Origin: Acidobacteriota bacterium
Lineage (GTDB): Bacteria > Acidobacteriota > JAAYUB01
Assembly: GCA_040768985.1 (NCBI GenBank)
Contig: JAXGLX010000002.1
Coordinates: forward strand, 4,298,602-4,362,601
Length of the DNA stretch: 64,000 nucleotides
Direction: 5' to 3'
Shown: positions 1 through 11,786 of the stretch, piece by piece
Layout of the letters: every line of letters starts with the position of its first letter
How positions within the stretch are numbered: the stretch's first letter is position 1
Made by a program: the position numbers and the translations under genes
The notes under the pieces: generated by a model
The model's input: only the letters and a program-made list of their open reading frames with translations
What the model was told of the DNA's origin: nothing
Databases searched by the model: none

Positions 1-235
1 GCATCGCCTTGTAGGTCGCTTCGATCATGTGCCGCGGGGTGGCGAAGTCGTATTTGAGCGGATCGCCGATGTTCAACGGCAGGATCTTGGCGCCCTGCTT
101 GCGCAGCTTGTCGGCCTCGACGGCGATGTCGCGGATGGCGTACTCGATGGTCCGCGTGCGCGCGGCGGGAACCACGGGCGTCAGCCGGCAGGGGTCCGTC
201 GGTCGGGAGGCGTTCGGGGCGGCTCGTTTCGTCAT
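1..235 (-). CDS. PLP-dependent class I/II aminotransferase (AlaA-like), N-terminal part only, runs off the window
   Basis: Manual translation MTKRAAP...IEYAIRDIAVEADKLRKQGAKILPLNIGDPLKYDFATP; the LNIGDP motif is typical of alanine aminotransferases; GGAGG RBS upstream. Confidence 0.8.
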   Translation of the reverse strand, partial: MTKRAAPNASRPTDPCRLTPVVPAARTRTIEYAIRDIAVEADKLRKQGAKILPLNIGDPLKYDFATPRHMIEATYKAM

Positions 236-258
236 GGGGTTTCCTCCTCGGGCGGCGA

Positions 259-1158
259 TCAGCAGACCTTCATCGCGAAGACGATGGACAGGAACTTCGT
301 CTCGTCGGAGTCGGCCCGCGAGGTGAGCACGATGGGCTTGCGCGCGCCCACGATGATGCCGGCGGTCTTGGCCATGGCCAGGTAACCCATCACTTTGTAG
401 AACACGTTGCCGGCCTCGATGTCGGGCGTGATGGCGATGTCGGCGTCCCCGCCGACCGGCGTGATGATGCCCTTGACCTCGCACGCCTTCTTCGAGAAGG
501 CGTTATCCACCGCCAGCGGGCCGTCGATGATCGCCTTCTTGATCTGGCCGCGGGCGCCCATCTGCGTCAGGATGGCGGCGTCGGCGGTGCAGGGCATGCT
601 CTCCGGGTTGACCTTCTCCACCGCGGCGATGATTGCCACCTTGGGCGTCTCGATGCCCAGCCGGTGGGCGACGGCGACGGCGTTCTCGGTGATGGCGACC
701 TTGTCCTCGATGGTCGGGGCGATGTTCATGGCGACGTCGCTGACGATGATCAGCTTGTGGTAGGCGGGCACCTGGAACGCGGACACGTGGCTCAGCAGCT
801 TGGATTCGCGCAGGCCGGCCTGCTTGTCCAGCACGGCGCCGAGGATGGTCGAGGTGGAGCAGAGGCCCTTCATCAGCACGTCAGCCCGGCCTTCCCGGAC
901 CAGGCTCACGGCGGCCTTGGTGGCCTCCTTCTCGTCGGCGATGTCCACGATCTCGAAGGGGGCCAGGGAGACGTTCACCGAAGCGGCCGCCTTCTCGATC
1001 TGAGCCTTCGGGCCCACCAGCACGCCGCGGGCGATGTCTTCGCGCTGGGCCGTCTGCAGGGCCTCCAGCACGTCGGGGTCGTGGGCGTACGCCACGGCAA
1101 CGACCTTGGTCGGGCTCTTCTTGACTTCCGCCACCATTTCGTCGAATGTTCGGATCAT
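259..1158 (-). CDS. ptb: Phosphate butyryltransferase
   Basis: LMKG, DGPLAVDNA, PDIEAGN and LTSRADS motifs of the PTA/PTB family; adjacent to buk. Confidence 0.9.
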   Translation of the reverse strand: MIRTFDEMVAEVKKSPTKVVAVAYAHDPDVLEALQTAQREDIARGVLVGPKAQIEKAAASVNVSLAPFEIVDIADEKEATKAAVSLVREGRADVLMKGLCSTSTILGAVLDKQAGLRESKLLSHVSAFQVPAYHKLIIVSDVAMNIAPTIEDKVAITENAVAVAHRLGIETPKVAIIAAVEKVNPESMPCTADAAILTQMGARGQIKKAIIDGPLAVDNAFSKKACEVKGIITPVGGDADIAITPDIEAGNVFYKVMGYLAMAKTAGIIVGARKPIVLTSRADSDETKFLSIVFAMKVC

Positions 1159-1215
1159 GGGACCTTCCTTGCGATCAATATCGTCCGGTTCCCGCGGGAA
1201 CCGGCGTGGGTGCGA

Positions 1216-2295
1216 CTACGCGTAAACGCGCGCCGGTTCTTCCCCGCTCAGGACGCGGAGCGCCCCATCGGCCAGCGCGATCATCTCCTCTTCGCCGGGG
1301 TAGACGCGCACCGGGGCGATGTGCCGGACGCGCCGATCCACGCCGGCAATGAAGGCGGCGTCGTGGGCGATGCCGCCGGTCAGGATGATGGCGTCCACCT
1401 GGCCCTGGAGCACGACGCTGATGGCGCCGATCTCCTTGGCGACCTGGTAAGTCATCGCCTCGAAGACGAGCCCCGCCTCCGCGTCGCCCGCCTCGACGCG
1501 CTGCGCCACCTTGCGCATGTCGTTGGTGCCGAGGTAGGCCATGATCCCGCCCTGGCCGGTGATCTTCTTCTCGATCTGGGCCAGGGTGAAACGGCCGGAG
1601 AAACAGAGCCGGGCCAGACTGGCGGCGGGCAGCGTGCCGCTGCGCTCGGGAGTGAACGGGCCTTCGCCGTTCAGGGCGTTGTTGACGTCGATCACCCGCC
1701 CGCGCCGGTGGGCGGCGACGGAGATCCCTCCGCCCAGGTGAGCGATGATGAAATTGAAATCGGTATACTTGCCGCCCAGGTCGTGGGCGGCCCGGTGAGC
1801 CACCGCCTTGTGGTTGAGGGCGTGGAAGATGCTGACGCGGGGCAGCTCGGGCAGGCCGGACAGCCGGGCGATGGGCTCAAGCTCGTCCACCACCACCGGG
1901 TCGACGATGAACGCCGGTGCGCCGCACCGCTGCGACAGCTCGTGGGCCAGGATGCCGCCGAGGTTGGAGGCGTGCTGGCCCATCTGGCTCTCGCGCAGGT
2001 CCTTGAGCATCGGTTCGGAGACCGCGTAGGTCCCGCCCTCGATGGGGCGCAGGAGCCCGCCGCGGCCGACGATGGCCTGCAGGGAGTCGAGCGGGATGGC
2101 TTCAGCCGCCAGAAAATCCAGGATCGCCTGCAGCCGGAAAGGGTATTGGTCGGTGATGGTGGCGTACTGTCCGATCACGTGCTCGTCGTGGCGGAGGGTC
2201 TGGCCACAACGCAGGGTTCGGCCCTCGAACACCGCGATCTTGGTCGATGTGGAGCCGGGATTGATCGCCAGTATCCGTTGGTGTGTTTCCGCCAT
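1216..2295 (-). CDS. buk: Butyrate kinase
   Basis: INPGSTSTK, GRGG, HASNLG, HALNHKA, HLGGGIS and GPFTPERSG motifs; start placed at MAETHQR. Confidence 0.95.
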   Translation of the reverse strand: MAETHQRILAINPGSTSTKIAVFEGRTLRCGQTLRHDEHVIGQYATITDQYPFRLQAILDFLAAEAIPLDSLQAIVGRGGLLRPIEGGTYAVSEPMLKDLRESQMGQHASNLGGILAHELSQRCGAPAFIVDPVVVDELEPIARLSGLPELPRVSIFHALNHKAVAHRAAHDLGGKYTDFNFIIAHLGGGISVAAHRRGRVIDVNNALNGEGPFTPERSGTLPAASLARLCFSGRFTLAQIEKKITGQGGIMAYLGTNDMRKVAQRVEAGDAEAGLVFEAMTYQVAKEIGAISVVLQGQVDAIILTGGIAHDAAFIAGVDRRVRHIAPVRVYPGEEEMIALADGALRVLSGEEPARVYA

Positions 2296-2462
2296 CACGC
2301 CGCTCCTGCCGGTACAATATTTTTGAACAATTAAAAGAAGGAGCGGCATTATATCAAATTTCGGAAAAGCAGAGCAGATTTTTCAGGACACCGGCAAAAT
2401 GGGCCGGCGGCGGGGCGAATTGTGCTATAGTGCCGCTGGCCAAACGCGTGCAGGAGGTGGCG

Positions 2463-3803
2463 ATGAGCTGGACGCAGACTCGCTGGATGCTGGCGCTGGC
2501 GGTTCTGGCGGTCGCGGGTTGCGGCGGCGGAACCGAGCTCCGGTATCACGACCAGTCCATGCTGTACCTGGCCGTGGCGGTCCCCGCCGGAGTGAAGCTG
2601 CCGGAGGCGGCCGCCGGCAGCCTGCTGCCCCCGCTCGATGAGCTGGCCCGGCGGCGGCCGGACTGGGCGCCGGCGGCGCAGGCGGCCCGCCGGATGCTGT
2701 CCAAGCCGGACGCGGTCCAACTCGAGCTCCAGACCCGCGCCGGCCTCGTGTTCCCTGACGGCGAATACCTGCTCCGGTTCGGCCAGGGCTTTGGCGAACC
2801 GGAGCTGATCCGGGCCGCGTCCGCCGACCGCGCGCTGACCCTGATGGCTCTGGCGGCACCGCGGGAAGCGCCATCCGCTTACCCGGCGCTGCAGGCGATG
2901 GCGCTGGCGGCGGCCGAGGCGTGGGGCGGCTACGTGTACGACATCAACGCGAAGCTGCCCGTCGCGCCGGACGCGTTCGCCGGGTGGCGCTTCGATCCGG
3001 CGGCCTGCGATCTGCCGCGCCACGTGCTCATCCAGCAATATCCCTACCAGCCGGGCCGCCTGCGGATGGTCACGCTGGGGATGGCCAAGTTCGCGTGTCC
3101 GGAGCTCGAGATCAGGGACTATCCGGCCGAAAACGCCATCGCGGTGCGCAGTCTCCTGACCGGCGCCGCCGGGGCGTTGATCGCGCGCAGCCTGGAAGCC
3201 GCCGGACCGGGCGAGTTCCCCCGGACGCTGGATCTGCCCGCCACGTTTCTGCAGGCGGCGGGGGTGCGGACCGTGGCGTTGCGCGAGGCCGCGGCCGCTG
3301 GGGGCGAGCGGGTGCGTGTGACGGTGGCCGCCGGCGAGGCGGATGCGGGCGATCCGCAGGACGCCGTGGTCCGGCTCGGCCCGGCCGAAGGGGCCGGCGA
3401 CCTGGACCGCTGGACGTCGGACCTGTCGCGGCGGCTGTTCGGATTCGGCCAGCAGATCAACGTCCAGCAGGGCCAGCCGCTCCAGCCGGACGCCCTCCGG
3501 GCCGTGCAGGCGTCGCTGCCCGCCCTCCGGGAGGAGTTCCGGGCCGGCCTGCCCGCCGGTTCGGCCTGTTTCGTCCAGTTCCGGCGGGAGACGCCCGGCG
3601 CCGGGGTCGAGCTGCTGTGGGCCCAGGTGGTGGGCTGGCCCGATAATGGTCTGGACATCCAGGTGGTCAGCCAGCCGGTGTTCGCCAAATCGCTGGCGGC
3701 GGGCGACCGGATCCGCTGCCCCGAGGCGGACGTGGTGGACTGGGCGGTGCGCGGGACCGACGGCGGCATTCGGTCGTTCCCGCGGCCGGCGGACAAACCG
3801 TGA
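2463..3803 (+). CDS. Lipoprotein with C-terminal DUF2314/YegJ-like domain
   Basis: GGAGG RBS; lipobox LAVAG-C; C-terminal 'ELLWAQV...SQP...GDRI...VVDW' pattern resembles DUF2314. Confidence 0.6.
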   Translation: MSWTQTRWMLALAVLAVAGCGGGTELRYHDQSMLYLAVAVPAGVKLPEAAAGSLLPPLDELARRRPDWAPAAQAARRMLSKPDAVQLELQTRAGLVFPDGEYLLRFGQGFGEPELIRAASADRALTLMALAAPREAPSAYPALQAMALAAAEAWGGYVYDINAKLPVAPDAFAGWRFDPAACDLPRHVLIQQYPYQPGRLRMVTLGMAKFACPELEIRDYPAENAIAVRSLLTGAAGALIARSLEAAGPGEFPRTLDLPATFLQAAGVRTVALREAAAAGGERVRVTVAAGEADAGDPQDAVVRLGPAEGAGDLDRWTSDLSRRLFGFGQQINVQQGQPLQPDALRAVQASLPALREEFRAGLPAGSACFVQFRRETPGAGVELLWAQVVGWPDNGLDIQVVSQPVFAKSLAAGDRIRCPEADVVDWAVRGTDGGIRSFPRPADKP

Positions 3804-3816
3804 AGGGGAGGCGGCG

Positions 3817-5166
3817 ATGAAAAAGCTCGAAGAAGAACTGAGCCACCCCCAGAAGATCCTCCTGCGCTTCTTCGTGATGAAGGCGTGGGACAACATGAAA
3901 AATGTGGTCCGCAAACTCCACCCCTCCGATCTGGCCGGCGTGTTCCATCGCCTGAACTTTCAGGAGCAGGAGGCGTTCCTGGGCGTGCTGTTCGAGGAGG
4001 GACTCGCCGCCAACGTCATCACCTACCTGCCCGACGAGACGGCCCGGGACCTGCTGGCCGACATCGCGGAAGAGCGGATCGCCACCATGGTCCAGCGGCT
4101 GTCGGTGGATGACGCGACCGATTTCCTCGGCTACCTGACCGACGAGAAGAAGGCGGCGGTGCTGGCGAGTCTGCCCCCCGGCAAGCGCCTCTTCTTCGAG
4201 AAGATGCTGCTCTACGCGGAGGACACCGCCGGCGGCCTGATGAACACGGATTACCTGGCGCTGGACCAGGACCTGTCGGTGGAGGAGGCCCTCCGCATCA
4301 TCCGGACCCGGTTCCGCTCCGAGTACTATCTATATGTATATGTCACCGACGAGCACAACAACCTGATCGGGGTCCTGTCGTTCCGCCGCCTGGTCTTCGC
4401 CGAGCCGGCGGTCCAGCTCAAGGACATCATGATCCCCGACCCCGTGCGCGTGTCCACCGACACGGCGCAGGAAGAGGTGGCCAAGCTTGTGGCCAACTAC
4501 GACCTGCTCGCCGTGCCGGTGGTGGACGAGAACAACAAGCTGCTCGGTGTGGTCACGGTGGATGACGTCATCGACGTCATCGAAGAGGAGGCCACCGAGG
4601 ACATGTACCACCTGGCCAAAATCCACTCCGAGGAGAACGTGCTGACCCCGCTGCTGCGGACCGTCCGGCTGCGTTTCAACTGGGTGGTCGCGACGCTGGT
4701 CACGGCGATCCTCGGGGCGGTGGTGGTGGCCCTCTTCTGGGAGGCGCTGGACCGCTGGGTGTGGCTGGCCGTGCTCATTCCCGTGCTGACGACGATGACC
4801 GCCACCACCTCCACCCAGACGCTCACCGTGGTGGTCCGCGGACTGGTCCTCGGCGAGCTGGATTATCGAAAGGAGCTCCCGGTCCTGGTCAAGGAGCTGG
4901 CCGTGGGGCTGTTGCTCGGCCTGGTCTGCGGGGTGGTGCTGGCCGGGGTGGTCCTGGTCTGGTCGGGCCAGCTTCCGCTGGCGCTGCTGGCGGGGGTGAG
5001 CCTGCTGATCAGCACCCTGACGGCCAACCTGTTCGGGGCCCTGGTCCCGCTGGTGCTCAACTGGCTGAAGCTGGATCCGGCGCAGGGTTCCAGTATCGTC
5101 ACCACCACGGCGGCGAACATCGCCGGCTTCGCGGTGTTCCTCGGCCTGGCGAGATTCTTCCTCTAG
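3817..5166 (+). CDS. mgtE: Magnesium transporter MgtE
   Basis: N-domain, CBS pair (EDTAGGLMN, YDLLAVPVVD, VTVDDVIDVIEEEATED) and C-terminal TM helices with LDPA. Confidence 0.92.
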   Translation: MKKLEEELSHPQKILLRFFVMKAWDNMKNVVRKLHPSDLAGVFHRLNFQEQEAFLGVLFEEGLAANVITYLPDETARDLLADIAEERIATMVQRLSVDDATDFLGYLTDEKKAAVLASLPPGKRLFFEKMLLYAEDTAGGLMNTDYLALDQDLSVEEALRIIRTRFRSEYYLYVYVTDEHNNLIGVLSFRRLVFAEPAVQLKDIMIPDPVRVSTDTAQEEVAKLVANYDLLAVPVVDENNKLLGVVTVDDVIDVIEEEATEDMYHLAKIHSEENVLTPLLRTVRLRFNWVVATLVTAILGAVVVALFWEALDRWVWLAVLIPVLTTMTATTSTQTLTVVVRGLVLGELDYRKELPVLVKELAVGLLLGLVCGVVLAGVVLVWSGQLPLALLAGVSLLISTLTANLFGALVPLVLNWLKLDPAQGSSIVTTTAANIAGFAVFLGLARFFL

Positions 5167-5233
5167 GCGTCCGTCGCCGGTCCGGCGCCGGCTGGCCGGC
5201 CGCCCGCGATGATCAAAAAAGTTAAAAAAAGAC

Positions 5234-5261
5234 TTGCATTTTGATCCGCAATGGATATAAT
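5234..5261 (+). promoter_or_regulatory. Sigma70-type promoter of the S10 operon
   Basis: TTGCAT-16 bp-TATAAT preceded by an A-tract (UP-like element). Confidence 0.7.
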
Positions 5262-5511
5262 CGCGGTTCTTTTTGTGATGTGAGGTTTTCGACCTCCTTT
5301 TGAATTATAGGTCTGTTACGAACCGCCCCCGGTTCCAATTTCAGGCCTGACAAGCGGCAGTTAGACCGCAGCGCGGCACACCTTGGGCACTTTGACGCAC
5401 GGTCCGGATGGCATCCCCGTGCCATCGACGGGACCGATCGCGGCTCGCTTGAGGCGGCGGCTGCAGTGGCTGTCGGACGGACAACGACAACTTTGTTGAG
5501 CTGGTGAGGAT

Positions 5512-5838
5512 ATGATCAACGAAATCATCAGGATTCGTCTGAAGGCGTACGATTACCGGGTCTTGGACCAGTCCATCGCCGAGATCGTGGACATCACGCT
5601 CCGGACCGGGGCCCGGGTGTCGGGTCCCATCCCCCTCCCCACGACCGTCAACCGGTTCACCGTCAACCGCTCGCCCCACGTGGACAAGAAGTCCCGCGAG
5701 CAGTTCGAGATCCGGACCCACAAGCGGCTGATCGACATCCTGGAACCCACTCCCGAAACGCTGGAACAGTTGATGAAGATGGATCTCCCGGCGGCTATCG
5801 ACGTCGAGATCAAGGCGTTCGGCTCCGATCATAAATAA
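5512..5838 (+). CDS. rpsJ: 30S ribosomal protein S10
   Basis: [36 protein letters not shown]. Confidence 0.99.
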   Translation: MINEIIRIRLKAYDYRVLDQSIAEIVDITLRTGARVSGPIPLPTTVNRFTVNRSPHVDKKSREQFEIRTHKRLIDILEPTPETLEQLMKMDLPAAIDVEIKAFGSDHK

Positions 5839-5858
5839 ATCAACAGCTGGAGTGACCG

Positions 5859-6488
5859 ATGGTTGAAGGACTGATTGGCAAAAAACTCGGCATGACTCAG
5901 ATCTTTCACGAAGACGGACGGGTCATTCCCGTAACGGTGATACAACTGGGGCCCTGCGTGGTCGTCCAGAAAAAATTGCTGGAGAAAGACGGCTACGAGG
6001 CCGTCCAGCTGGGCCTGATGGAAGAGCGGCCGGTGAAGAACGTAACCAAGCCGCTCCGCGGCCATTTCCTGAAGGCCAACACCGCGCCGACCCGGATGCT
6101 GCGGGAGTTCCGCCCCACCAAGGCGATGGCGGAGATCGAACTGGGTCAGGAAATCAAGGCCGACGATGTCTTCCAGATCAACGAGAAGGTGGTCGTCATC
6201 GGCCAGAGCAAAGGCCGCGGATTCCAGGGCGTCATGAAACGCCACAACTTCGCCGGCGGCGGCGCGAGCCACGGCTCCATGTTCCACCGGGCGCCCGGCT
6301 CCATCGGCGCCTCGGCCTACCCCTCCCGTGTCGTCAAGGGCATGCGGATGGCCGGCCACCTCGGCGACAGCCGGGTGACGGTGAAGAACCTGGAAGTGGT
6401 CCGGATCCTGCCGGAGAAGAACATCATTCTGATCAAGGGCGCGGTTCCGGGTTATTCCGGCAGCTACGTCACGATCAAGAAGAACTAA
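5859..6488 (+). CDS. rplC: 50S ribosomal protein L3
   Basis: [26 protein letters not shown]. Confidence 0.99.
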   Translation: MVEGLIGKKLGMTQIFHEDGRVIPVTVIQLGPCVVVQKKLLEKDGYEAVQLGLMEERPVKNVTKPLRGHFLKANTAPTRMLREFRPTKAMAEIELGQEIKADDVFQINEKVVVIGQSKGRGFQGVMKRHNFAGGGASHGSMFHRAPGSIGASAYPSRVVKGMRMAGHLGDSRVTVKNLEVVRILPEKNIILIKGAVPGYSGSYVTIKKN

Positions 6489-6504
6489 GTAGCGGAGTGC
6501 AGCC

Positions 6505-7131
6505 ATGCCAGTCGTGGAAGTGAAAAATCTGCAGAACGAAACCGTTGAGCAACTGGAGCTCAATGAAAAAGTCTTCGGGGTGCCCCTGAAGGAAACGCTC
6601 ATCTGGGAAGCGGTCCGGCACTACCAGGCCAGCGGCCGCCGGGGCACGCATGCCACCAAGACCCGGGGTGACGTCAGCGGCAGCAACCGCAAGCCGTGGC
6701 GGCAGAAGGGCACCGGCCGCGCCCGCGCCGGCCAGACCCGCAATCCCCTCTGGCGGAAAGGCGGCACGACGTTCGGCCCGCAGCCGCGTGATTACGGTTA
6801 CGCCTTCCCCAAACGGAAGCGCCAGGGAGCGATGTGCTCCGTCCTGTCGGAGAAACTGCGCCAGAACCAGCTCGTGATCGTGGACCGGCTGGAGATTCCG
6901 GCCCCCCGGACGAAGGAGTTCATCGGCGTGATGGGCACGCTGGAGCTGGAACGCAACCTGCTGGTGGTGGACTCGCTGGACAACACCAACGCGATCCTGT
7001 CCGCCCGCAACCTTCCCAAGGTCAAGTACGTGACGGGCTCGGGACTCAACATCGTCGATCTGCTCAACCACGAGAAGGTGCTCTTCTCGAAGGACGCCAT
7101 CCTCCAGGTCCAGGAGGTCCTTGGAAAATGA
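6505..7131 (+). CDS. rplD: 50S ribosomal protein L4
   Basis: [14 protein letters not shown]. Confidence 0.99.
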   Translation: MPVVEVKNLQNETVEQLELNEKVFGVPLKETLIWEAVRHYQASGRRGTHATKTRGDVSGSNRKPWRQKGTGRARAGQTRNPLWRKGGTTFGPQPRDYGYAFPKRKRQGAMCSVLSEKLRQNQLVIVDRLEIPAPRTKEFIGVMGTLELERNLLVVDSLDNTNAILSARNLPKVKYVTGSGLNIVDLLNHEKVLFSKDAILQVQEVLGK

Positions 7132-7421
7132 AAGACATCTACCAGATCCTAAAGAAGCCCCACCTGACCGAGAAATCGGTCACGCTCAAGAACGACGCCG
7201 GTTTCGTGGCCTTCCGGGTGCACCCCGACGCCAACAAGCCGGAGATCGCCGCGGCCATCGAGCGCCTGTTCAACGTGAAGGTCGATTCGATCCGGATCCT
7301 GAACATGCCCCAGAAGAAGCGCCGCATGGGCCGTTACGAGGGCCACAAGCCGGCTTACAAGAAAGCCCTGGTCAAGTTGAAGCCGGGCGAAAAGATGATT
7401 GAGTACTTTGACAATATCTAA
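7128..7421 (+). CDS. rplW: 50S ribosomal protein L23
   Basis: PHLTEKS, ANKPEI, YKKALV; operon position. Confidence 0.97.
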   Translation: MKDIYQILKKPHLTEKSVTLKNDAGFVAFRVHPDANKPEIAAAIERLFNVKVDSIRILNMPQKKRRMGRYEGHKPAYKKALVKLKPGEKMIEYFDNI

Positions 7422-7444
7422 TCCCGGGAACAGGAAAGATAGCG

Positions 7445-8266
7445 ATGGGCATCAAGACGCATAAACCAGTCACCCCCAGCCGCCGGTACATGACCACGCT
7501 GGATTACGAGGAGCTGACCAGGGTCAAGCCTCTGAAGTCGCTCCTGGAGCCCCAGCAGCGGACCAACGGCCGGAACAATATCGGCCGGATCACCGTCCGC
7601 CACAAGGGCGGCGGCCACAAGCGGCGTTACCGCGTGGTGGATTTCAAGCGCACCATGGATGATATCCCGGCCAAGGTCGTCGCCATCGAGTACGACCCGA
7701 ACCGGTCGGCCAACATCGCCCGGCTGCATTACAGCAACGGCGCCAAGAGCTATATCCTGGCTCCGGACACGCTGAAGGTGGGCGACACGGTGATGAGCGG
7801 CGAGAAGGCCGACGTGCAGGTGGGGAACTGCCTGCCGCTGCGGTCCATCCCGGTGGGCACCTTCATCCACAACCTGGAAATGCGCCCCGGCAAGGGCGGC
7901 CAGCTGGTCCGCAGCGCGGGCTGCGCCGCCCAGCTCCAGGCCAAGGAAGGGAAGTACGCCGTCATCCGGCTGCCCAGCGGCGAGCTGCGCCGGATCCTCA
8001 TCGAGTGCCGGGCCACGTTGGGCCAGGTGGGCAACCCGGACCACAGCAACATCACCACCGGCAAGGCCGGCCGGACCCGCTGGCTGGGCGTTCGGCCCAC
8101 CGTCCGCGGCACGGCCATGAACCCGATCGACCATCCGCACGGCGGCGGCGAGGGCCGCACCAAGGGCGGCCGCCATCCGGTCACGCCCTGGGGCACGCCC
8201 ACCAAGGGCTACAAGACCCGCAACAGCAAGCGGACCGACAATCTGATCATCAGACGGCGGAAGTAA
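7445..8266 (+). CDS. rplB: 50S ribosomal protein L2
   Basis: [21 protein letters not shown]. Confidence 0.99.
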   Translation: MGIKTHKPVTPSRRYMTTLDYEELTRVKPLKSLLEPQQRTNGRNNIGRITVRHKGGGHKRRYRVVDFKRTMDDIPAKVVAIEYDPNRSANIARLHYSNGAKSYILAPDTLKVGDTVMSGEKADVQVGNCLPLRSIPVGTFIHNLEMRPGKGGQLVRSAGCAAQLQAKEGKYAVIRLPSGELRRILIECRATLGQVGNPDHSNITTGKAGRTRWLGVRPTVRGTAMNPIDHPHGGGEGRTKGGRHPVTPWGTPTKGYKTRNSKRTDNLIIRRRK

Positions 8267-8283
8267 GCAGGAGGAAGTTCGCC

Positions 8284-8568
8284 ATGACCCGCTCAATCAA
8301 GAAAGGCCCGTTCGTGGATGTGCACCTGATGAAGAAGGTGGACGCCAACCGGGACGCCGACAAGAAACAGGTCATCAAGACGTGGTCCCGCCGATCCGTC
8401 GTCATCCCCGATATGGTGGGGCTGACCATCGCGGTCCACAACGGGAAGAAATTCATCCCCGTGTACGTCATGGAAAACATGGTGGGGCACAAGCTGGGCG
8501 AGTTCGCGCCGACCCGCTATTTCAAGGGCCACACCTCCAAGTCCGCCAAAAAGATGGCGGCCAAGTAG
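8284..8568 (+). CDS. rpsS: 30S ribosomal protein S19
   Basis: [28 protein letters not shown]. Confidence 0.99.
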   Translation: MTRSIKKGPFVDVHLMKKVDANRDADKKQVIKTWSRRSVVIPDMVGLTIAVHNGKKFIPVYVMENMVGHKLGEFAPTRYFKGHTSKSAKKMAAK

Positions 8569-8587
8569 AGAGCGAGAGGATGCTGCC

Positions 8588-8935
8588 ATGGAAAAACGAG
8601 CCGTAGGAAAATACGTGCGCGGTTCGGCCCAGAAGGCCCGGCTGGTCATCGACCAGATCCGCGGCTTGCCGGTGGAGGACGCCCTCAACCGGTTGCGCTT
8701 CTCCCCGAAGCGGTCGGCCAAGCACGTCGAGAAGGTGCTTAAATCGGCTATCGCCAACGTCGAGTACGCGGACGAGAGCATCAGCCTGGACGCCCTGGTG
8801 GTCTCCCAGGCATTCGTCGACATGGGCCCGACCAAGTGGCGCCGGCGGGTCCGGCCCGCCCCCATGGGCCGCGCATATCGCGAGCGCCGGCACGGCTGCC
8901 ACGTCACCATTTACGTTTCGGACAGCAGGAGGTAG
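8588..8935 (+). CDS. rplV: 50S ribosomal protein L22
   Basis: SAQKARLVIDQIRG, SAIAN; operon position. Confidence 0.97.
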   Translation: MEKRAVGKYVRGSAQKARLVIDQIRGLPVEDALNRLRFSPKRSAKHVEKVLKSAIANVEYADESISLDALVVSQAFVDMGPTKWRRRVRPAPMGRAYRERRHGCHVTIYVSDSRR

Positions 8936-8938
8936 ACC

Positions 8939-9592
8939 TTGGGCCAGAAAGTACACCCATATGGTTTCCGGCTGGGCTACAACAAGACTTGGAAGTCCCG
9001 GTGGTACGAGAAGAAGAGCTTCGGCAAGCTGCTTAACGAGGATCTCAAGATCAAGAAGGCCCTGAAGGCGAAGTTCTACCACGCCGGGATCAGCCGGATC
9101 GAGATCGAGCGCGCGGCCGACAAGCTCAACGTGTTTATCTACGCCGCCCGGCCGGGCATTCTGATCGGCAAGAAGGGCAAGGAAATCGACAAGCTGCGGT
9201 CCGAGCTCAGCAAGTCCACCGGCCATGATGTGGACATCAAGGCCGTCGAGGTGAAGAATCCCGAACTGGATTCCCAACTCGTGGCCGAGGCCATCGGACT
9301 TCAGCTCGAGAAGCGCATCGCCTTCCGCCGGGCCATGAAGCGCGCCGTCGACTCCGCCACCAAGAACGGGGCCCTGGGCGTCAAGATCCGCTGCTCCGGA
9401 CGGTTGAACGGCGTGGAAATCGCCCGCTCCGAGTGGTACCTCACCGGCCGGCTGCCGCTGCACACCCTCAAGGCGGACATCGACTACGGTTTCGCCCAGG
9501 CATTCACCACCTACGGCACCATCGGCATCAAGGTCTGGATCTACAAAGGGGAGCGGCTGAAGAAGGACCACCTCCCCGCCGTGGAGAAGTAA
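8939..9592 (+). CDS. rpsC: 30S ribosomal protein S3 (TTG start)
   Basis: [25 protein letters not shown]. Confidence 0.99.
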   Translation: MGQKVHPYGFRLGYNKTWKSRWYEKKSFGKLLNEDLKIKKALKAKFYHAGISRIEIERAADKLNVFIYAARPGILIGKKGKEIDKLRSELSKSTGHDVDIKAVEVKNPELDSQLVAEAIGLQLEKRIAFRRAMKRAVDSATKNGALGVKIRCSGRLNGVEIARSEWYLTGRLPLHTLKADIDYGFAQAFTTYGTIGIKVWIYKGERLKKDHLPAVEK

Positions 9593-9595
9593 GCC

Positions 9596-10009
<414 letters not shown>

Positions 10010-10011
10010 CC

Positions 10012-10206
10012 ATGGCGAAAACGTCTGAACTCAGAGACAAGTCGCTGGACGAGCTTCGCGAAGAAGAGCGCCGGCTCGCCCAGCAGGTGTTCAAGAACCG
10101 GATGGAGCTGGCCGCCGGCCAGCTGACCAACGTGAGAGTCCTGTCCGAGGTCAAGCGCGACCTGGCCCGGGTGAAGACTCTCATCCGTGAAAAATCCAAT
10201 CAATAG
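10012..10206 (+). CDS. rpmC: 50S ribosomal protein L29
   Basis: ELRDKS...KRDLARVKT; operon position. Confidence 0.95.
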   Translation: MAKTSELRDKSLDELREEERRLAQQVFKNRMELAAGQLTNVRVLSEVKRDLARVKTLIREKSNQ

Positions 10207-10224
10207 TAGAGCGGAAGTACGGCT

Positions 10225-10488
10225 ATGGAAAACCAGAGTGTAACCCGGAAGAACGAGAAGATCGGCACCGTGACCAGCAACGCCATGCAGAAAACCGTGG
10301 TGGTTTCGGTGGACCGGTTCTACCAGCACCCGGCGGTCAAGAAGATCGTCCGCCGGACCAGCAAGTTCATGGCCCATGACGAAGGGGGCGCCTGCAATGT
10401 GGGCGACAAGGTCCGGATCATGGAGTGCCGGCCGCTCAGCCGGCGGAAACGCTGGAGAGTCGTCGAGATCATCGACAAGGCCAAGTAG
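10225..10488 (+). CDS. rpsQ: 30S ribosomal protein S17
   Basis: [20 protein letters not shown]. Confidence 0.98.
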   Translation: MENQSVTRKNEKIGTVTSNAMQKTVVVSVDRFYQHPAVKKIVRRTSKFMAHDEGGACNVGDKVRIMECRPLSRRKRWRVVEIIDKAK

Positions 10489-10503
10489 TAAGGAGAAGCC
10501 ATC

Positions 10504-10872
10504 ATGATTCAGATGCGGACCATGCTGAAAGTGGCCGATAACTCAGGGGCCAAGGAAATCATGGCCATCACGCCCCAGCACGGCGCCGCCCAGACCCGGG
10601 CGACCCTTGGCGACGTGATCTCGGCGACCGTCAAGCTGGCCAGCCCCGACGGCACGGTCAAGAAAGGCCAGGTGGTCAAGGCGGTGATCGTCCGGGTGCG
10701 GAAGGAATTCCGGCGCCGCGACGGGACGTACATCCGGTTCGACGAGAACGCGGCCGTGATCATCAACAACCAGGGCGAGCCGGTGGGCACCCGCGTGTTC
10801 GGCCCCATCGCCCGCGAGTTGCGCGATCGCAAGTTCATGAAGATCGTGTCGCTCGCGCCCGAAGTTCTGTAA
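10504..10872 (+). CDS. rplN: 50S ribosomal protein L14
   Basis: [28 protein letters not shown]. Confidence 0.99.
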   Translation: MIQMRTMLKVADNSGAKEIMAITPQHGAAQTRATLGDVISATVKLASPDGTVKKGQVVKAVIVRVRKEFRRRDGTYIRFDENAAVIINNQGEPVGTRVFGPIARELRDRKFMKIVSLAPEVL

Positions 10873-10884
10873 GAGGATATTGTC

Positions 10885-11211
10885 ATGCCCAAGCTCAATA
10901 TTCGCCACAACGACACCGTGTACATCCGCGCCGGCAAGGACAAAGGGAAGACCGGCCGGGTGATTCACGTGGATCCCGACAAGGGGCGGGTCATCGTGGA
11001 AAAGCTCAACCAGCTGTACGAACATGTCCGGCCCAACCCGCAGAAGCAGATCAAGGGCGGGATCGTGCAGAAGGAAGGCGCCATGCCCGTGTCCAAGGTG
11101 CAGCTGGTGTGCCCCGCCTGCAACAAGCCCACCCGCGTCAAACGCACCCGACTCAGTGACGGCAAGACCGCCCGGGTGTGCAAGAAGTGCAACACCACGG
11201 TCGAATCGTGA
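10885..11211 (+). CDS. rplX: 50S ribosomal protein L24
   Basis: KOW motif AGKDKGKTG. Confidence 0.97.
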   Translation: MPKLNIRHNDTVYIRAGKDKGKTGRVIHVDPDKGRVIVEKLNQLYEHVRPNPQKQIKGGIVQKEGAMPVSKVQLVCPACNKPTRVKRTRLSDGKTARVCKKCNTTVES

Positions 11212-11219
11212 GGATGGAT

Positions 11220-11771
11220 ATGAAACACACCAGCCGTTTGAAAGAGAAGTACCGCGCCGAAGTGGTGGACGCACTCCGCAAGCGCTTCGAGTACGCGAAC
11301 GTGATGGCCGTCCCCCGCCTGGAAAAGATCGTGATCAACATGGGGATGGGCGAGACCATCAAGAACCCGAAGGTCATGGATGTGGCGGTGGATGAGCTCA
11401 CCGGCATCGCCGGCCAGAAGCCCATCGTCACCAAGGCCAAGAAGCCCATCTCCAGCTTCAAGCTGCGCAAGGGGATGCCCATCGGCTGCTGCGTCACGCT
11501 CCGGCGCGACCGGATGTACGAATTCCTCGACCGCCTGGTCAACATCGCCCTGCCGCGCGTGCGCGACTTCAGGGGCGTCAGCCCCCGTTCCTTCGATGGC
11601 CGGGGCAACTACACCCTGGGGTTGAAGGACCAGCTCATCTTCCCCGAGATCGACTATGGCAAGGTGGACAAGGCGCGCGGAATGAACATCACCATCGTCA
11701 CCACCGCCCATTCGGATGAAGAGGCCCGCGAGCTGTTGCGGCTCATGGGCATGCCGTTCAGTAAAAACTAG
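11220..11771 (+). CDS. rplE: 50S ribosomal protein L5
   Basis: [19 protein letters not shown]. Confidence 0.99.
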   Translation: MKHTSRLKEKYRAEVVDALRKRFEYANVMAVPRLEKIVINMGMGETIKNPKVMDVAVDELTGIAGQKPIVTKAKKPISSFKLRKGMPIGCCVTLRRDRMYEFLDRLVNIALPRVRDFRGVSPRSFDGRGNYTLGLKDQLIFPEIDYGKVDKARGMNITIVTTAHSDEEARELLRLMGMPFSKN

Positions 11772-11786
11772 ACGAGGAGCTTTGCC

